Positions 1-14,712 of a stretch of DNA of 64,000 nucleotides are shown piece after piece. Under the pieces are notes generated by a model. The model made no database searches. It had not been told where the DNA came from and saw nothing but the letters and a program-made list of their open reading frames with translations. Numbering within the stretch: the first letter of the stretch is position 1; the number at the start of each line of letters is the position of its first letter. The stretch comes from Antedon mediterranea (Eukaryota > Animalia > Echinodermata). Where the stretch lies: contig NC_092679.1 in assembly GCF_964355755.1 (NCBI RefSeq), forward strand, positions 9,965,432-10,029,431, given 5' to 3'. A program made the position numbers and the translations under genes.

Positions 1-3000
1 ATCAGCGAGAAAGATAGATAGATCAGAGAGAGAGAGAGATAGATCAGCGAGAGAGAGAGAGAGAGATAGATCAGCGAGAGAGAGATAGATCAGCGAGAGA
101 GAGAAAGATCAGCGAGAGAGAGAGATAGATCAGCGAGAGAGAAATAGATCAGCGAGAGAGATAGATCAGCGAGAGAGAGATAGATCAGCGAGAGAGAGAT
201 AGATCAGCGAGAGAGAGAGATGGATCAGCGAGAGAGAGAGATAGATCAGCGAGATAGAGAAAGATCTGCGAGAGAGAGATAGATCAGCGAGATAGAGATA
301 GTTCAGCGAGAGAGAGATAGATCAGCAAGAGAGAGATAGATCAGCGAGAGAGAGATAGATCAGCGAGAGAGAGAGAGAGAGATCAGCGAGAGAGAGATAG
401 ATCAGCGAGAGAGAGATAGATCAGCTAGAGAAAGAGATAGATCAGCGAGATAGAGAAAGATCAGCGAGAGAGAGATAGATCAGCGACAGAGAGATAGATC
501 AGTGAGAGAGAGATAGATCAGCGAGAGAGATATAGATCAGCGAGAGAGAGATAGATCAGCGAGAGATAGATAGATCAGCGAGAGAGAGAGAGATAGATCA
601 GCAAGAGAGAGATAGATCAGCAAGAGAGAGATAGATCAGCGAGAGAGAGAGATAGATCAGCGAGAGCCAGATAGATTAGCGAGAGAGAGATAGATCAGCG
701 AGAGAGAGAGATAGATCAGCGAGAAAGTGATAGATCAGCGAGAGAGATAGATAGATCAGCGAGAGAGAGAGATAGATCAGCGAGAGAGAGAGAGATAGAT
801 CAGCGAGAGAGAGAGATATAGATCAGCGAGAGAGAGATAGATCAGTAAGAGGGAGAGATAGATCAGCGAGAGAGAGATAGATCAGCGAGAGAGAGAGAGA
901 GATCAGCGAGAGAGAGAGATAGATAGGCGAGAGAGAGATAGATCAGCGAGAGAGAGAGATAGATCAGCGAAAGAGAGATAGATCAGCGAGAGAGAAAAAT
1001 ATCAGCGAGAGAGAGATAGATCAGCGACAGAGAGATAGATCAGTGAGAGAGAGATAGATCAGCGAGAGAGATATAGATCAGCAAGAGAGATAGATCAGCG
1101 AGAGAGAGATAGATCAGCGAGAGAGAGAAAGATCAGCGAGAGTGAGATAGATCAGCGAGAGAGAGATAGATCAGCGAGAGAGATAGATCAGCGAGAGAAA
1201 GAGATAGATCAGCGAGAGAGAGAGATAGACCAGCGAGAGAGATAGATCAGCGAGAGAGAGATAGATAAGCAAGAGAGAGATAGATTAGCGAGAGAGAGAT
1301 AGATCAGCGAGAGAGAGATAGATCAGCGAGAGAGAGAGAGGTCAGCGAGAGAGAGATAGATCAGCGAGAGAGAGAGAGAGATAGATCAGCGAGAAAGAGA
1401 GAGACAGATAGATCAGCGAGAGAGAGTGAGAGAGATAGATCAGCGAGAGAGAGAGAGAGAGATATAGATCAGCGAGAAAGAGAGATAGATCAGCGAGAGA
1501 GAGATTGATCAGCGAGAGAGAAAAAGATCAGCGAGAGAGAGATAGATCAGCGACAGAGAGATAGATCAGCGAGAGAGAGATAGATCAGCGAGAGAGATAT
1601 AGATCAGCGAGAGAGATAGATCAGCAAGAGAGAGATAGATCAGCGAAAGAGAGAAAGATCAGCGAGAGGGAGATAGATCAGCGAGAGAGAGATAGATCAG
1701 CGAGAGAGATAGATCAGCGAGAGAGAGAGATAGATCAGCGAGAGAGAGAGAGATAGATCAGCGAGAGAGATAGATCAGCGAGAGAGAGATAGATAAGCGA
1801 GAGAGAGATAGATTAGCGAGAGAGAGATAGATCAGCGAGAGAGAGATAGATCAGCAAGAGAGAGATAGATCAGCGAGAGAGAGATAGATCAGCGAGAGAG
1901 AGAGAGAGATCAGCGAGAGAGAGATAGATCAGCGAGAGAGAGATAGATCAGCTAGAGAGAGAGATAGATCAGCGAGATAGAGAAAGATCAGCGAGAGAGA
2001 GATAGATCAGCGACAGAGAGATAGATCAGCGAGAGAGAGATAGATAAGCGAGAGAGATATAGATCAGCGAGAGAGAGATAGATCAGCGAGAGATAGATAG
2101 ATCAGCGAGAGAGAGAGAGAGAGATAGATCAGCAAGAGAGAGATAGATCAGCAAGAGAGAGATAGATCAGCTAGAGAGAGAGATAGATCAGCGAGAGCGA
2201 GATAGATTAGCGAGAGAGAGATAGATCAGCGAGAGAGAGATAGATCAGCGAGAGAGAGAGATAGATCAGCGAGAAAGAGATAGATCAGCGAGAGAGATAG
2301 ATAGATCAGCGAGAGAGAGAGATAGATCAGCGAGAGAGAGAGAGAGAGATAGATCAGCGAGAGAGAGAGATATAGATCAGCGAGAGAGAGATAGCTCAGT
2401 GACAGGGAGAGATAGATCAGCGAGAGAGTGATAGATCAGCGAGAGAGAGAGAGAGATCAGCGAGAGAGAGAGATAGATAGGCGAGAGAGAGAGATAGATC
2501 AGCGAGAGAGAGATAGATCAGCGAGAGAGAAAAAGATCAGCGAGAGAGAGATAGATCAGCGAGAGAGAGATAGATCAGCGACAGAGAGATAGATCAGTGA
2601 GAGAGAGATAGATCAGCGAGAGAGATATAGATCAGCGAGAGAGATAGATCAGCGAGAGAGAGATAGATCAGCGAGAGAGAGAAAGATCAGCGAGAGTGAG
2701 ACAGATCAGCGAGAGAGAGAGAGATAGATCAGCGAGAGAGATAGATCAGCGAGAGAGAGATAGATAAGCAAGAGAGAGATAGATTAGCGAGAGAGAGATA
2801 GATCAGCGAGAGAGAGATAGATCAGCGAGAGAGAGAGAGGTCAGCGAGAGAGAGATAGATCAGCGAGAGAGAGAGAGAGAGAGATAGATCAGCGAGAGAG
2901 AGAGACAGATAGATCAGCGAGAGAGAGTGAGAGAGATAGATCAGCGAGAGAGAGAGAGAGAGAGATAGATCAGCGAGAAAGAGAGATAGACCAGCGAGAG

Positions 3001-6000
3001 AGAGATAGATCAGTGAGAGAGAAAAAGATCAGCGAGAGAGAGATAGATCAGCGACAGAGAGATAGATCAGCGAGAGAGAGATAGATCAGCGAGAGAGATA
3101 TAGATCAGCGAGAGAGATAGATCAGCGAGAGAGAGATAGATCAGCGAGAGAGAGAAAGATCAGCGAGAGAGAGATAGATCAGCGAGAGAGAGATAGATCA
3201 GCGAGAGAGATAGATCAGCGAGAGAGAGAGATAGATCAGCGAGAGAGAGAGAGATAGATCAGCGAGAGAGATAGATCAGCGAGAGAGAGATAGATAAGCG
3301 AGAGAGAGATAGATTAGCGAGAGAGAGATAGATCAGCGAGAGAGAGAGATAGATCAGCGAGAGAGAGAAAGATCAGCTAGAGAGAGATAGATCAGCGAGA
3401 GGGAGGTAGATCAGCGAGAGAGATAGATCAGCGAGAGAGAGAGATAGATCAGCGAGAGAGAGAGAGAGATAGATCAGTGAGAGAGATAGATCAGCGAGAG
3501 AGAGATAGATAAGCGAGAGAGATATAGATTAGCGAGAGAGAGATAGATCAGCGAGAAAGAGATAGATCAGCGAGAGAGAGATAGATCAGCGAGAGAGAGA
3601 GAGATAGATCAGCGAGAGAGAGACAGATAGATCAGCGAGAGAGAGTGAGAGAGATAGATCAGCGAGAGAGAGAGAGAGAGAGAGATAGATCAGCGAGAGA
3701 GAGACAGATAGATCAGCGAGAGAGAGTGAGAGAGATAGATCAGCGAGAGAAGGTAAGAGAGATAGATCAGCGAGAGAGAGATAGATAGATCAGCGAGAGA
3801 GAGATAGATCAGCGAGAGAGATATAGATCAGCGAGAGAGAGATAGATCAGCGAGAGATAGATAGATCAGCGAGAGAGAGAGAGAGAGATAGATCAGCAAG
3901 AGAGAGATAGATCAGCAAGAGAGAGATAGATCAGCGAGAGAGAGAGATAGATCAGCGAGAGCGAGATAGATTAGCGAGAGAGAGATAGATCAGCGAGAGA
4001 GAGATAGATCAGCGAGAGAGAGAGATAGATCAGCGAGAAAGAGATAGATCAGCGAGAGAGATAGATAGATAAGCGAGAGAGAGAGATAGATCAGCGAGAG
4101 AGAGAGAGATAGATCAGCGAGAGAGAGAGATATAGATCAGCGAGAGAGAGATAGATCAGTGAGAGGGAGAGATAGATCAGCGAGAGAGTGATAGATCAGC
4201 GAGAGAGAGAGAGAGAGAGATCAGCGAGAGAGAGAGATAGATAGGCGAGAGAGAGATAGATCAGCGAGAGAGAGAGATAGATCAGCGAGAGAGAGATAGA
4301 TCAGCAAGAGAGAAAAAGATCAGCGAGAGAGAGATAGATCAGCGACAGAGTGATAGATCAGTGAGAGAGAGAAAGATCAGCGAGAGAGATATAGATCAGC
4401 GAGAGAGAGAGAGGTCAGCGAGAGAGAGATAGATCAGCGAGAGAGAGAGAGAGAGATAGATCAGCGAGAGAGAGAGACAGATAGATCAGCGAGAGAGAGT
4501 GAGAGAGATAGATCAGCGAGAGAGAGAGAGAGAGAGAGAGATAGATCAGCGAGAAAGAGAGATAGACCAGCGAGAGAGAGATAGATCAGTGAGAGAGAAA
4601 AAGATCAGCGAGAGAGAGATAGATCAGCGACAGAGAGATAGATCAGCGAGAGAGAGATAGATCAGCGAGAGAGATATAGATCAGCGAGAGAGATAGATCA
4701 GCGAGAGAGAGATAGATCAGCGAGAGAGAGAAAGATCAGCGAGAGAGAGATAGATCAGCGAGAGAGAGATAGATCAGCGAGAGAGATAGATCAGCGAGAG
4801 AGAGATAGATCAGCGAGAGATAGATAGATCAGCAAGAGAGAGAGATAGATCAGCAAGAGAGATATATTAGCGAGAGAGAGAGATAGATCAGCGAGAGCGA
4901 GATAGATTAGCGAGAGAGAGATAGATCAGCGAGAGAGAGATAGATCAGCGAGAGAGAGAGATAGATCAGCGAGAAAGAGATAGATCAGCGAGAGAGATAG
5001 ATAGATCAGCGAGAGAGAGATAGATCAGCGAGAGAGAGAGAGAGAGAGAGAGATAGATCAGCGAGAGAGAGAGATAGATCAGCGAGAGAGAGATAGATCA
5101 GCGAGAGAGAGATAGTTCAGCGAGAGGGAGAGATAGATCAGTGAGAGAGATAAAGATCAGCGAGAGAGAGATAGATCAGCGAAAGAGAAATAGATCAGCG
5201 AGAGGGAGATAGATCAGCGAGAGAGAGAGATAGATCAGCGAGAGAGAGAGATAGATCAGCGAGAGAGAGAGAAAGATCAGCGAGAGAGAGATAGATCAGC
5301 GACAGAGAGATAGATCAGCGACAGAGAGATAGATCAGCGAGAGAGAGAGAGATCAGCGAGAGAGAGAGATAGATCAGCGAGAGAGAGATAGATAGATCGG
5401 CGAGAGAGAGATAGATAGATCAGCGAGAGAGAGATAGATAGATCAGCGAGAGAGAGATAGATCAGCGAAAGAGAGATAGATAGATCAGCGAGAGAGAGAT
5501 AGATCAGCGAGAGAGATAGATTAGCGAGAGAGAGATAGATAGATGAGCGAGAGAGAGATAGATCAGCGAGAGAGAGATAGATCAGCGAGAGAGAGATAGA
5601 TAGATCAGCGAGAGAGAGATAGATAGATCAGCGAGAGAGAGATAGATAGATCAGCGAGAGAGAGAGATAGCTGAGCGAGAGAGAGATAGATCAGCGAGAG
5701 AGATAGATAGATCAGCGAGAGAGAGAGAGAGAGAAAGAGAGAGAGATAGATAAGCGAGAGAGAGATAGATCAGCGAGAGAGAGATAGATCAGCGAGAGAG
5801 AGATAGATCAGCGAGAGGGAGAGATAGATCAGCGAGAGAGAGAGAGATAGATCAGAAAGAGAGAGATAGATCAGCGAGAAAGAGATAGATCAGCGAGAGA
5901 GAGATAGATTAGCAAGAGAGAGATAGATCAGCGAGAGAGAGGTAGATCAGCGAGAGAGAGAGAAATCAGCCAGAGAGAGATAGATCAGCGAGAGAGAGAT

Positions 6001-7675
6001 AGATCAGCGAGAGAGAGATAGATTAGTGAGAGAGAGATAGATCAGCGAGAGAGAGATAGATCAGCGAGAGAGAGAGATAGATCAGCGAGAGAGAGAGAAA
6101 GATCAGCGAGAGAGAGATAGATCAGCGACAGAGAGATAGATCAGCGAGAGAGAGAGAGATCAGCGAGAGAGAGAGATAGATCAGCGAGAGAGAGATAGAT
6201 AGATCAGCGAGAGAGAGATAGATAGATCAGCGAGAGAGAGATAGATAGATCAGCGAGAGAGAGATAGATCAGCGAAAGAGAGATAGATAGATCAGCGAGA
6301 GAGAGATAGATCAGCGAGAGAGATAGATTAGCGAGAGAGAGATAGATAGATGAGCGAGAGAGAGATAGATCAGCGAGAGAGAGATAGATCAGCGAGAGAG
6401 AGATAGATCAGCGAGAGAGAGATAGATAGATCATCGAGAGAGAGATAGATAGATCAGCGAGAGAGAGATAGATAGATCAGCGAGAGAGAGAGATAGATGA
6501 GCGAGAGAGAGATAGATCAGCGAGAGAGAGAGAGAGAGAAAGAGAGAGAGATAGATAAGCGAGAGAGAGATAGATCAGCGAGAGAGAGATAGATCAGCGA
6601 GAGGGAGAGATAGATCAGCGAGAGAGAGAGAGATAGATCAGAAAGAGAGAGATAGATCAGCGAGAAAGAGATAGATCAGCGAGAGAGAGATAGATTAGCA
6701 AGAGAGAGATAGATCAGCGAGAGAGAGGTAGATCAGCGAGAGAGAGAGAAATCAGCCAGAGAGAGATAGATCAGCGAGAGAGAGATAGATCAGCGAGAGA
6801 GAGATAGATCAGCGAGAGAGAGATAGATAGATCAGCGAGAGAGAGATAGATCAGCGAGAGAGATATAGATCAGCGAGAGAGAGATAGATCAGCGAGAGAT
6901 AGATAGATCAGCAAGAGAGAGAGATAGATCAGCAAGAGAGATATATTAGCGAGAGAGAGAGAGATAGATCAGCGAGAGAGAGATAGATCAGCGAGAGAGA
7001 TATACATCAGCGAGAGAGAGATAGATCAGCGAGAGATAGATAGATCAGCGAGAGAGAGAGAGAGAGAGTTAGATCAGCAAGAGAGAGATAGATCAGCGAG
7101 AGAGAGAGATAGATCAGCGAGAGAGAGATAGATCAGCGAGAGAGAGATAGATCAGCAAGAGAGAGATAGATCAGCGAGAGGTAGAGATAGATCAGCGAGA
7201 GAGAGATAGATCAGCGAGAGAGAGAGATAGATCAGCGAGAGAGAGATAGATCAGCGAGAGAGATAGATCAGCGAGAGGGAGAGATAGATCAGCGAGAGAG
7301 AGATAGATCAGCGAGAGAGAGATAGATCAGCGAGAGAGAGATAGACCAGCGAGAGAGAGATAGATCAGCGAGAGAGAGAGAGAGATAGATCAGCAAGAGA
7401 GAGAGAAAGATCAGCGAGAGAGAGAAAGATCAGCGAGAGAGAGATAGATCAGTGACAGAGAGATAGATAAGCGAGAGAGAGATAGATCAGCGAGAGAGAT
7501 AGATCAGCGAGAGAGAGATAGATAAGCGAGAGAGAAAGATCAGCGAGAGAGAGATAGATCAGCGAGAAAGAAATAGATCAGCGAGAGAGAGATAGATCAG
7601 CGAGAGGGAGAGAAAGATCAGCGAGAGAGAGATAGATCAGCGAGAGAGATAGATCAGCGAGAGAGAGAGAGATAG

Positions 7676-7715
<40 letters not shown>

Positions 7716-10068
7716 TAAGCGAGAGAGAGATAGATTAGCGAGAGAGAGATAGATCAGTGAGAGAGAGATAGATCAGCGAGAGAGAGAGAGATCAGCGAGA
7801 GAGAGATAGATCAACGAGAGAGAGAGAGATCAGCGAGAGAGAGAGATAGATCAACGAGAGAGAGATAGATCAGCGAGAGAGAGATAGATTAGCGGGGGAG
7901 AGATAGATCAGCGAAAGAGAGAGAGATAGATCAGAAAGAGAGAGATAGATCAGCGAGAGAGAGATAGATTAGCAAGAGAGAGATAGATCAGCGAGAGAGA
8001 GATAGATCAGCGAGAGAGAGAGAGATCAGCGAGAGAGAGATAGATCAGCAAGAGAGAGATAGATCAGCGAGAGAGAGATAGATCAGCGAGAGAGAGATAG
8101 ATAGATCAGCGAGAGAGAGATAGATCAGCGAGAGAGATATAGATCAGCGAGAGAGAGATAGATCAGCGAGAGATAGATAGATCAGCGAGAGAGAGAGATA
8201 GATCAGCAAGAGAGAGATAGATCAGCGAGAGAGAGAGATAGATCAGCGAGAGCGAGATAGATTAGCGAGAGAGAGATAGATCAGCGAGAGAGAGATAGAT
8301 CAGCGAGAGAGAGAGATAGATCAGCGAGAGAGAGAGAAAGATCAGCGAGAGAGAGATAGATCAGCGACAGAGAGATAGATCAGCGACAGAGAGATAGATC
8401 AGCGAGAGAGAGAGAGATCAGCGAGAGAGAGAGATAGATCAGCGAGAGAGAGATAGATAGATCAGCGAGAGAGAGATAGATAGATCAGCGAGAGAGAGAT
8501 AGATAGATCAGCGAGAGAGAGATAGATCAGCGAAAGAGAGATAGATAGATCAGCGAGAGAGAGATAGATCAGCGAGAGAGATAGATTAGCGAGAGAGAGA
8601 TAGATAGATGAGCGAGAGAGAGATAGATGAGCGAGAGAGAGATAGATCAGCGAGAGAGAGATAGATCAGCGAGAGAGAGATAGATAGATCAGCGAGAGAG
8701 AGAGATAGATAGATCAGCGAGAGAGAGATAGATAGATCAGCGAGAGAGAGAGATAGATGAGCGAGAGAGAGATAGATCAGCGAGAGAGATAGATAGATCA
8801 GCGAGAGAGAGAGAGAGAAAGAGAGAGAGATAGATAAGCGAGAGAGAGATAGATCAGCGAGAGAGAGATAGATCAGCGAGAGGGAGAGATAGATCAGCGA
8901 AAGAGAGAGAGATAGATCAGAAAGAGAGAGATAGATCAGCGAGAAAGAGATAGATCAGCGAGAGAGAGATAGATTAGCAAGAGAGAGATAGATCAGCGAG
9001 AGAGAGGTAGATCAGCGAGAGAGAGAGAAATCAGCCAGAGAGAGATAGATCAGCGAGAGAGAGATAGATCAGCGAGAGAGAGATAGATCAGCGAGAGAGA
9101 GATAGATAGATCAGCGAGAGAGAGATAGATCAGCGAGAGAGATTTAGATCAGCGAGAGAGAGATAGATCAGCGAGAGATAGATAGATCAGCAAGAGAGAG
9201 AGATAGATCAGCAAGAGAGATATATTAGCGAGAGAGAGAGATAGATCAGCGAGAGCGAGATAGATTAGCGAGAGAGAGATAGATCAGCGAGAGAGAGATA
9301 GATCAGCGAGAGAGAGAGATAGATCAGCGAGAAAGAGATAGATCAGCGAGAGAGATAGATAGATCAGCGAGATAGAGATAGATCAGCGAGAGAGAGAGAG
9401 AGAGAGATAGATCAGCGAGAGAGAGATAGATCAGCGAGAGAGAGATAGATCAGCGAGAGGGAGAGATAGATCAGTGAGAGAGATAAAGATCAGCGAGAGA
9501 GAGATAGATCAGCGAAAGAGAAATAGATCAGCGAGAGGAAGATAGATCAGCGAGAGAGAGAGATAGATCAGCGAGAGAGAGAGATAGATCAGCGAGAGAG
9601 AGAGAAAGATCAGCGAGAGAGAGATAGATCAGCGACAGAGAGATAGATCAGCGACAGAGAGATAGATCAGCGAGAGAGAGAGAGATCAGCGAGAGAGAGA
9701 GATAGATCAGCGAGAGAGAGATAGATAGATCAGCGAGAGAGAGATAGATAGATCAGCGAGAGAGAGATAGATAGATCAGCGAGAGAGAGATAGATCAGCG
9801 AAAGAGAGATAGATAGATCAGCGAGAGAGAGATAGATCAGCGAGAGAGATAGATTAGCGAGAGAGAGATAGATAGATGAGCGAGAGAGAGATAGATCAGC
9901 GAGAGAGAGATAGATCAGCGAGAGAGAGATAGATCAGCGATAGAGAGATAGATAGATCAGCGAGAGAGAGATAGATAGATCAGCGAGAGAGAGATAGATA
10001 GATCAGCGAGAAAGAGAGATAGATGAGCGAGAGAGAGATAGATCAGCGAGAGAGATAGATAGATCAGC

Positions 10069-10102
<34 letters not shown>

Positions 10103-12251
10103 TAGATAAGCGAGAGAGAGATAGATCAGCGAGAGAGAGATAGATCAGCGAGAGAGAGATAGATCAGCGAGAGGGAGAGATAGATCAGCGAGAGAGAGAG
10201 AGATAGATCAGAAAGAGAGAGATAGATCAGCGAGAAAGAGATAGATCAGCGAGAGAGAGATAGATTAGCAAGAGAGAGATAGATCAGCGAGAGAGAGGTA
10301 GATCAGCGAGAGAGAGAGAAATCAGCTAGAGAGAGATAGATCAGCGAGAGAGAGATAGATCAGCGAGAGAGAGATAGATTAGTGAGAGAGAGATAGATCA
10401 GCGAGAGAGAGATAGATCAGCGAGAGAGAGAGATAGATCAGCGAGAGAGAGAGAAAGATCAGCGAGAGAGAGATAGATCAGCGACAGAGAGATAGATCAG
10501 CGAGAGAGAGATAGATCAGCGAGAGAGAGAGAGATCAGCGAGAGAGAGAGAGATAGATCAGCGAGAGAGAGATAGATAGATCAGCGAGAGAGAGATAGAT
10601 AGATCAGCGAGAGAGAGATAGATAGATCAGCGAGAGAGAGATAGATCAGCGAAAGAGAGATAGATAGATCAGCGAGAGAGAGATAGATCAGCGAGAGAGA
10701 TAGATTAGCGAGAGAGAGATAGATAGATGAGCGAGAGAGAGATAGATCAGCGAGAGAGAGATAGATCAGCGAGAGAGAGAGATAGATCAGCGAGAGAGAG
10801 ATAGATAGATCAGCGAGAGAGAGATAGATAGATCAGCGAGAGAGAGATAGATAGATCAGCGAGAGAGAGATAGATAGATCAGCGAGAGAGAGAGATAGAT
10901 GAGCGAGAGAGAGATAGATCAGCGAGAGAGATAGATAGATCAGCGAGAGAGAGAGAGAGAAAGAGAGAGAGATAGATAAGCGAGAGAGAGATAGATCAGC
11001 GAGAGAGAGATAGATCAGCGAGAGGGAGAGATAGATCAGCGAGAGAGAGAGAGATAGATCAGAAAGAGAGAGATAGATCAGCGAGAAAGAGATAGATCAG
11101 CGAGAGAGAGATAGATTAGCAAGAGAGAGATAGATCAGCGAGAGAGAGGTAGATCAGCGAGAGAGAGAGAAATCAGCCAGAGAGAGATAGATCAGCGAGA
11201 GAGAGATAGATCAGCGAGAGAGAGATAGATCAGCGAGAGAGAGATAGATAGATCAGCGAGAGAGAGATAGATCAGCGAGAGAGATATAGATCAGCGAGAG
11301 AGAGATAGATCAGCGAGAGATAGATAGATCAGCAAGAGAGAGAGATAGATCAGCAAGAGAGATATATTAGCAAGAGAGAGAGAGATAGATCAGCGAGAGC
11401 GAGATAGATTAGCGAGAGAGAGATAGATCAGCGAGAGAGAGATAGATCAGCGAGAGAGAGAGATAGATCAGCGAGAAAGAGATAGATCAGCGAGAGAGAT
11501 AGATAGATCAGCGAGAGAGAGATAGATCAGCGAGAGAGAGAGAGAGAGATAGATCAGCGAGAGAGAGAGAGATAGATCAGCGAGAGAGATATAGATCAGC
11601 GAGAGAGAGATAGATCAGCGAGAGGGAGAGATAGATCAGCGAGAGAGATAAAGATCAGTAGATCAGCGAGAGAGATAAAGATCAGCGAGAGAGAGATAGA
11701 TCAGCGAAAGAGAAATAGATCAGCGAGAGGGAGATAGATCAGCGAGAGAGAGAGATAGATCAGCGAGAGAGAGAGATAGATCAGCGAGAGAGAGAGAAAG
11801 ATCAGCGAGAGAGAGATAGATCAGCGACAGAGAGATAGATCAGCGAGAGAGAGATAGATCAGCGAGAGAGAGAGAGATCAGCGAGAGAGAGAGATAGATC
11901 AGCGAGAGAGAGATAGATAGATCAGCGAGAGAGAGATAGATAGATCAGCGAGAGAGAGATAGATCAGCGAAAGAGAGATAGATAGATCAGCGAGAGAGAG
12001 ATAGATCAGCGAGAGAGATAGATTAGCGAGAGAGAGATAGATAGATGAGCGAGAGAGAGATAGATCAGCGAGAGAGAGATAGATCAGCGAGAGAGAGATA
12101 GGTCGGCGAGAGAGAGATAGATAGATCAGCGAGAGAGAGATAGATAGATCAGCGAGAGAGAGATAGATAGATCAGCGAGAGAGAGAGATAGATGAGCGAG
12201 AGAGAGATAGATCAGCGAGAGAGATAGATAGATCAGCGAGAAAGAGATAGA

Positions 12252-12294
<43 letters not shown>

Positions 12295-13065
12295 TAAGCG
12301 AGAGAGAGATAGATCAGCGAGAGAGAGATAGATCAGCGAGAGAGAGATAGATCAGCGAGAGGGAGAGATAGATCAGCGAGAGAGAGATAGATCAGCGAGA
12401 GAGAGATAGATCAGCGAGAGAGATATAGATCAGCGAGAGAGAGATAGATCAGCGAGAAAGAGATAGATCAGCGAGAGAGAGAAAGATCAGCGAGAGAGAG
12501 ATAGATCAGTGAGAGAGAGATAGATCAGCGAGAGAGAGATAGATTAGCGAGAGAGAGATAGATCAGCGAGAGAGAGAGAGAGATAGATCAGAGAGAGAGA
12601 GATAGATCATCGAGAGAGAGATAGATCAGCGAGAGAGAGATAGATTAGCAAGAGAGAGATAGATCAGCGAGAGAGAGAGAGATCAGCGAGAGAGAGATAG
12701 ATCAGCGAGAGAGAGATAGATCAGCGAGAGAGAGATAGATCAGCGAGAGAGAGATAGATAGATCAGCGAGAGAGAGATAGATAGATCAGCGAGAGAGATA
12801 TAGATCAGCGAGAGAGAGATAGATCAGCGAGAGATAGATAGATCAGCGAGAGAGAGAGAGATATATCAGCAAGAGAGAGATAGATCAGCGAGAGAGAGAG
12901 ATAGATCAGCGAGAGCGAGATAGATTAGCGAGAGAGAGATAGATCAGTGAGAGAGATAGATCAGCAAGAGAGAGAGAGATAGATCAGCGAGAAAGAGATA
13001 GATCAGCGAGAGAGATAGATAGATCCGCGAGAGAGAGATAGATCAGCGAGAGAGAGAGAGATAGA

Positions 13066-13096
<31 letters not shown>

Positions 13097-14649
13097 TAGA
13101 TCAGCGAGAGAGAGAGAGAGATAGATCAGCGAGAGAGAGATAAATCAGCGAGAGAGAGATAGATCAGCGAGAGGGAGAGATAGATCAGCGAGAGAGAGAT
13201 AGATCAGCGAGAGAGATAGATCAGCGAGAGAGAGATAGATCAGCGAGAGAGATAGATCAGCGAGAGAGAGAGATAGATCAGCGAGAGAGAGAGAGAGATA
13301 TAGATCAGCGAGAGAGAGAAAGATCAGCGAGAGAGAGATAGGTCAGCGACAGAGAGATAGATCAGCGAGAGAGAGATAGATCAGCGAGAGAGATATAGAT
13401 CAGCGAGAGAGAGAGATAGATCAGCGAGAGAGAGAGAGATAGATCAGCGAGAGAGAGAAAGATCAGCGAGAGAGAGATAGATCAGTGAGAGAGAGATAGA
13501 TCAGCGAGAGAGAGATAGATTAGCGGGGGAGATATAGATCAGCGAGAGAGAGAGATAGATCAGAAAGAGAGAGATAGATCAGCGAGAGAGAGATAGATCA
13601 GCGAGAGACAGATAGATTAGCAAGAGAGAGATAGATCAGCGAGAGAGAGATAGATCAGCGAGAGAGAGAGAGATCAGCGAGAGAGAGATAGATCAGCGAG
13701 AGAGAGATAGATCAGCGAGAGAGAGAGATAGATCAGCGAGAGAGAGATAGATAGATCAGCGAGAGAGAGATAGATCAGCGAGAGAGATATAGATCAGCGA
13801 GAGAGAGATAGATCAGCGAGAGATAGATAGATCAGCGAGAGAGAGAGATAGATCAGCAAGAGAGAGATAGATCAGCGAGAGAGAGAGATAGATCAGCGAG
13901 AGCGATATAGATTAGCGAGAGAGAGATAGATCAGCGAGAGAGAGATAGATCAGCGAGAAAGAGATAGATCAGCGAGAGAGATAGATAGATCAGCGAGAGA
14001 GATAGATAGATCAGCGAGAGAGAGAGAGAGAGAGATAGATCAGCGAGAGAGAGAGAGATAGATCAGCGAGAGAGAGAGAGATAGATCAGCGAGAGAGAGA
14101 TAGATCAGCGAGAGAGAGATAGATCAGCGAGAGGGAGAGATAGATCAGCGAGAAAGATATAGATCAGCGAGAGAGAGATAGATCAGCGAGAGAGAAATAG
14201 ATCAGCGAGAGAGAGATAGATCAGCGAGAGAGAGAGATAGATCAGCGAGAGAGAGAGAGATAGATCAGCGAGAGAGAGAAAGATCAGCGACAGAGAGATA
14301 GATCAGCGACAGAGAGATAGATCAACGAGAGAGAGATAGATCAGCGAGAGAGAGATAGATCAGCGAGAGAGATATAGATCAGCGAGAGAGAGATAGATCA
14401 GCGAGAGATAGATAGATCAGCGAGAGAGAGAGAGATAGATCAGCAAGAGAGAGATAGATCAGCGAGAGAGAGCGATAGATCAGCGAGAGCGAGATAGATT
14501 AGCGAGAGAGAGATAGATCAGCGAGAGAGAGATAGATCAGCGAGAGAGAGAGAGATAGATCAGCGAGAAAGAGATACATCAGCGAGAGAGATAGATAGAT
14601 CAGCGAGAGAGAGATAGATCAGCGAGAGAGAGAGAGAGAGAGAGATAGA

Positions 14650-14712
<63 letters not shown>
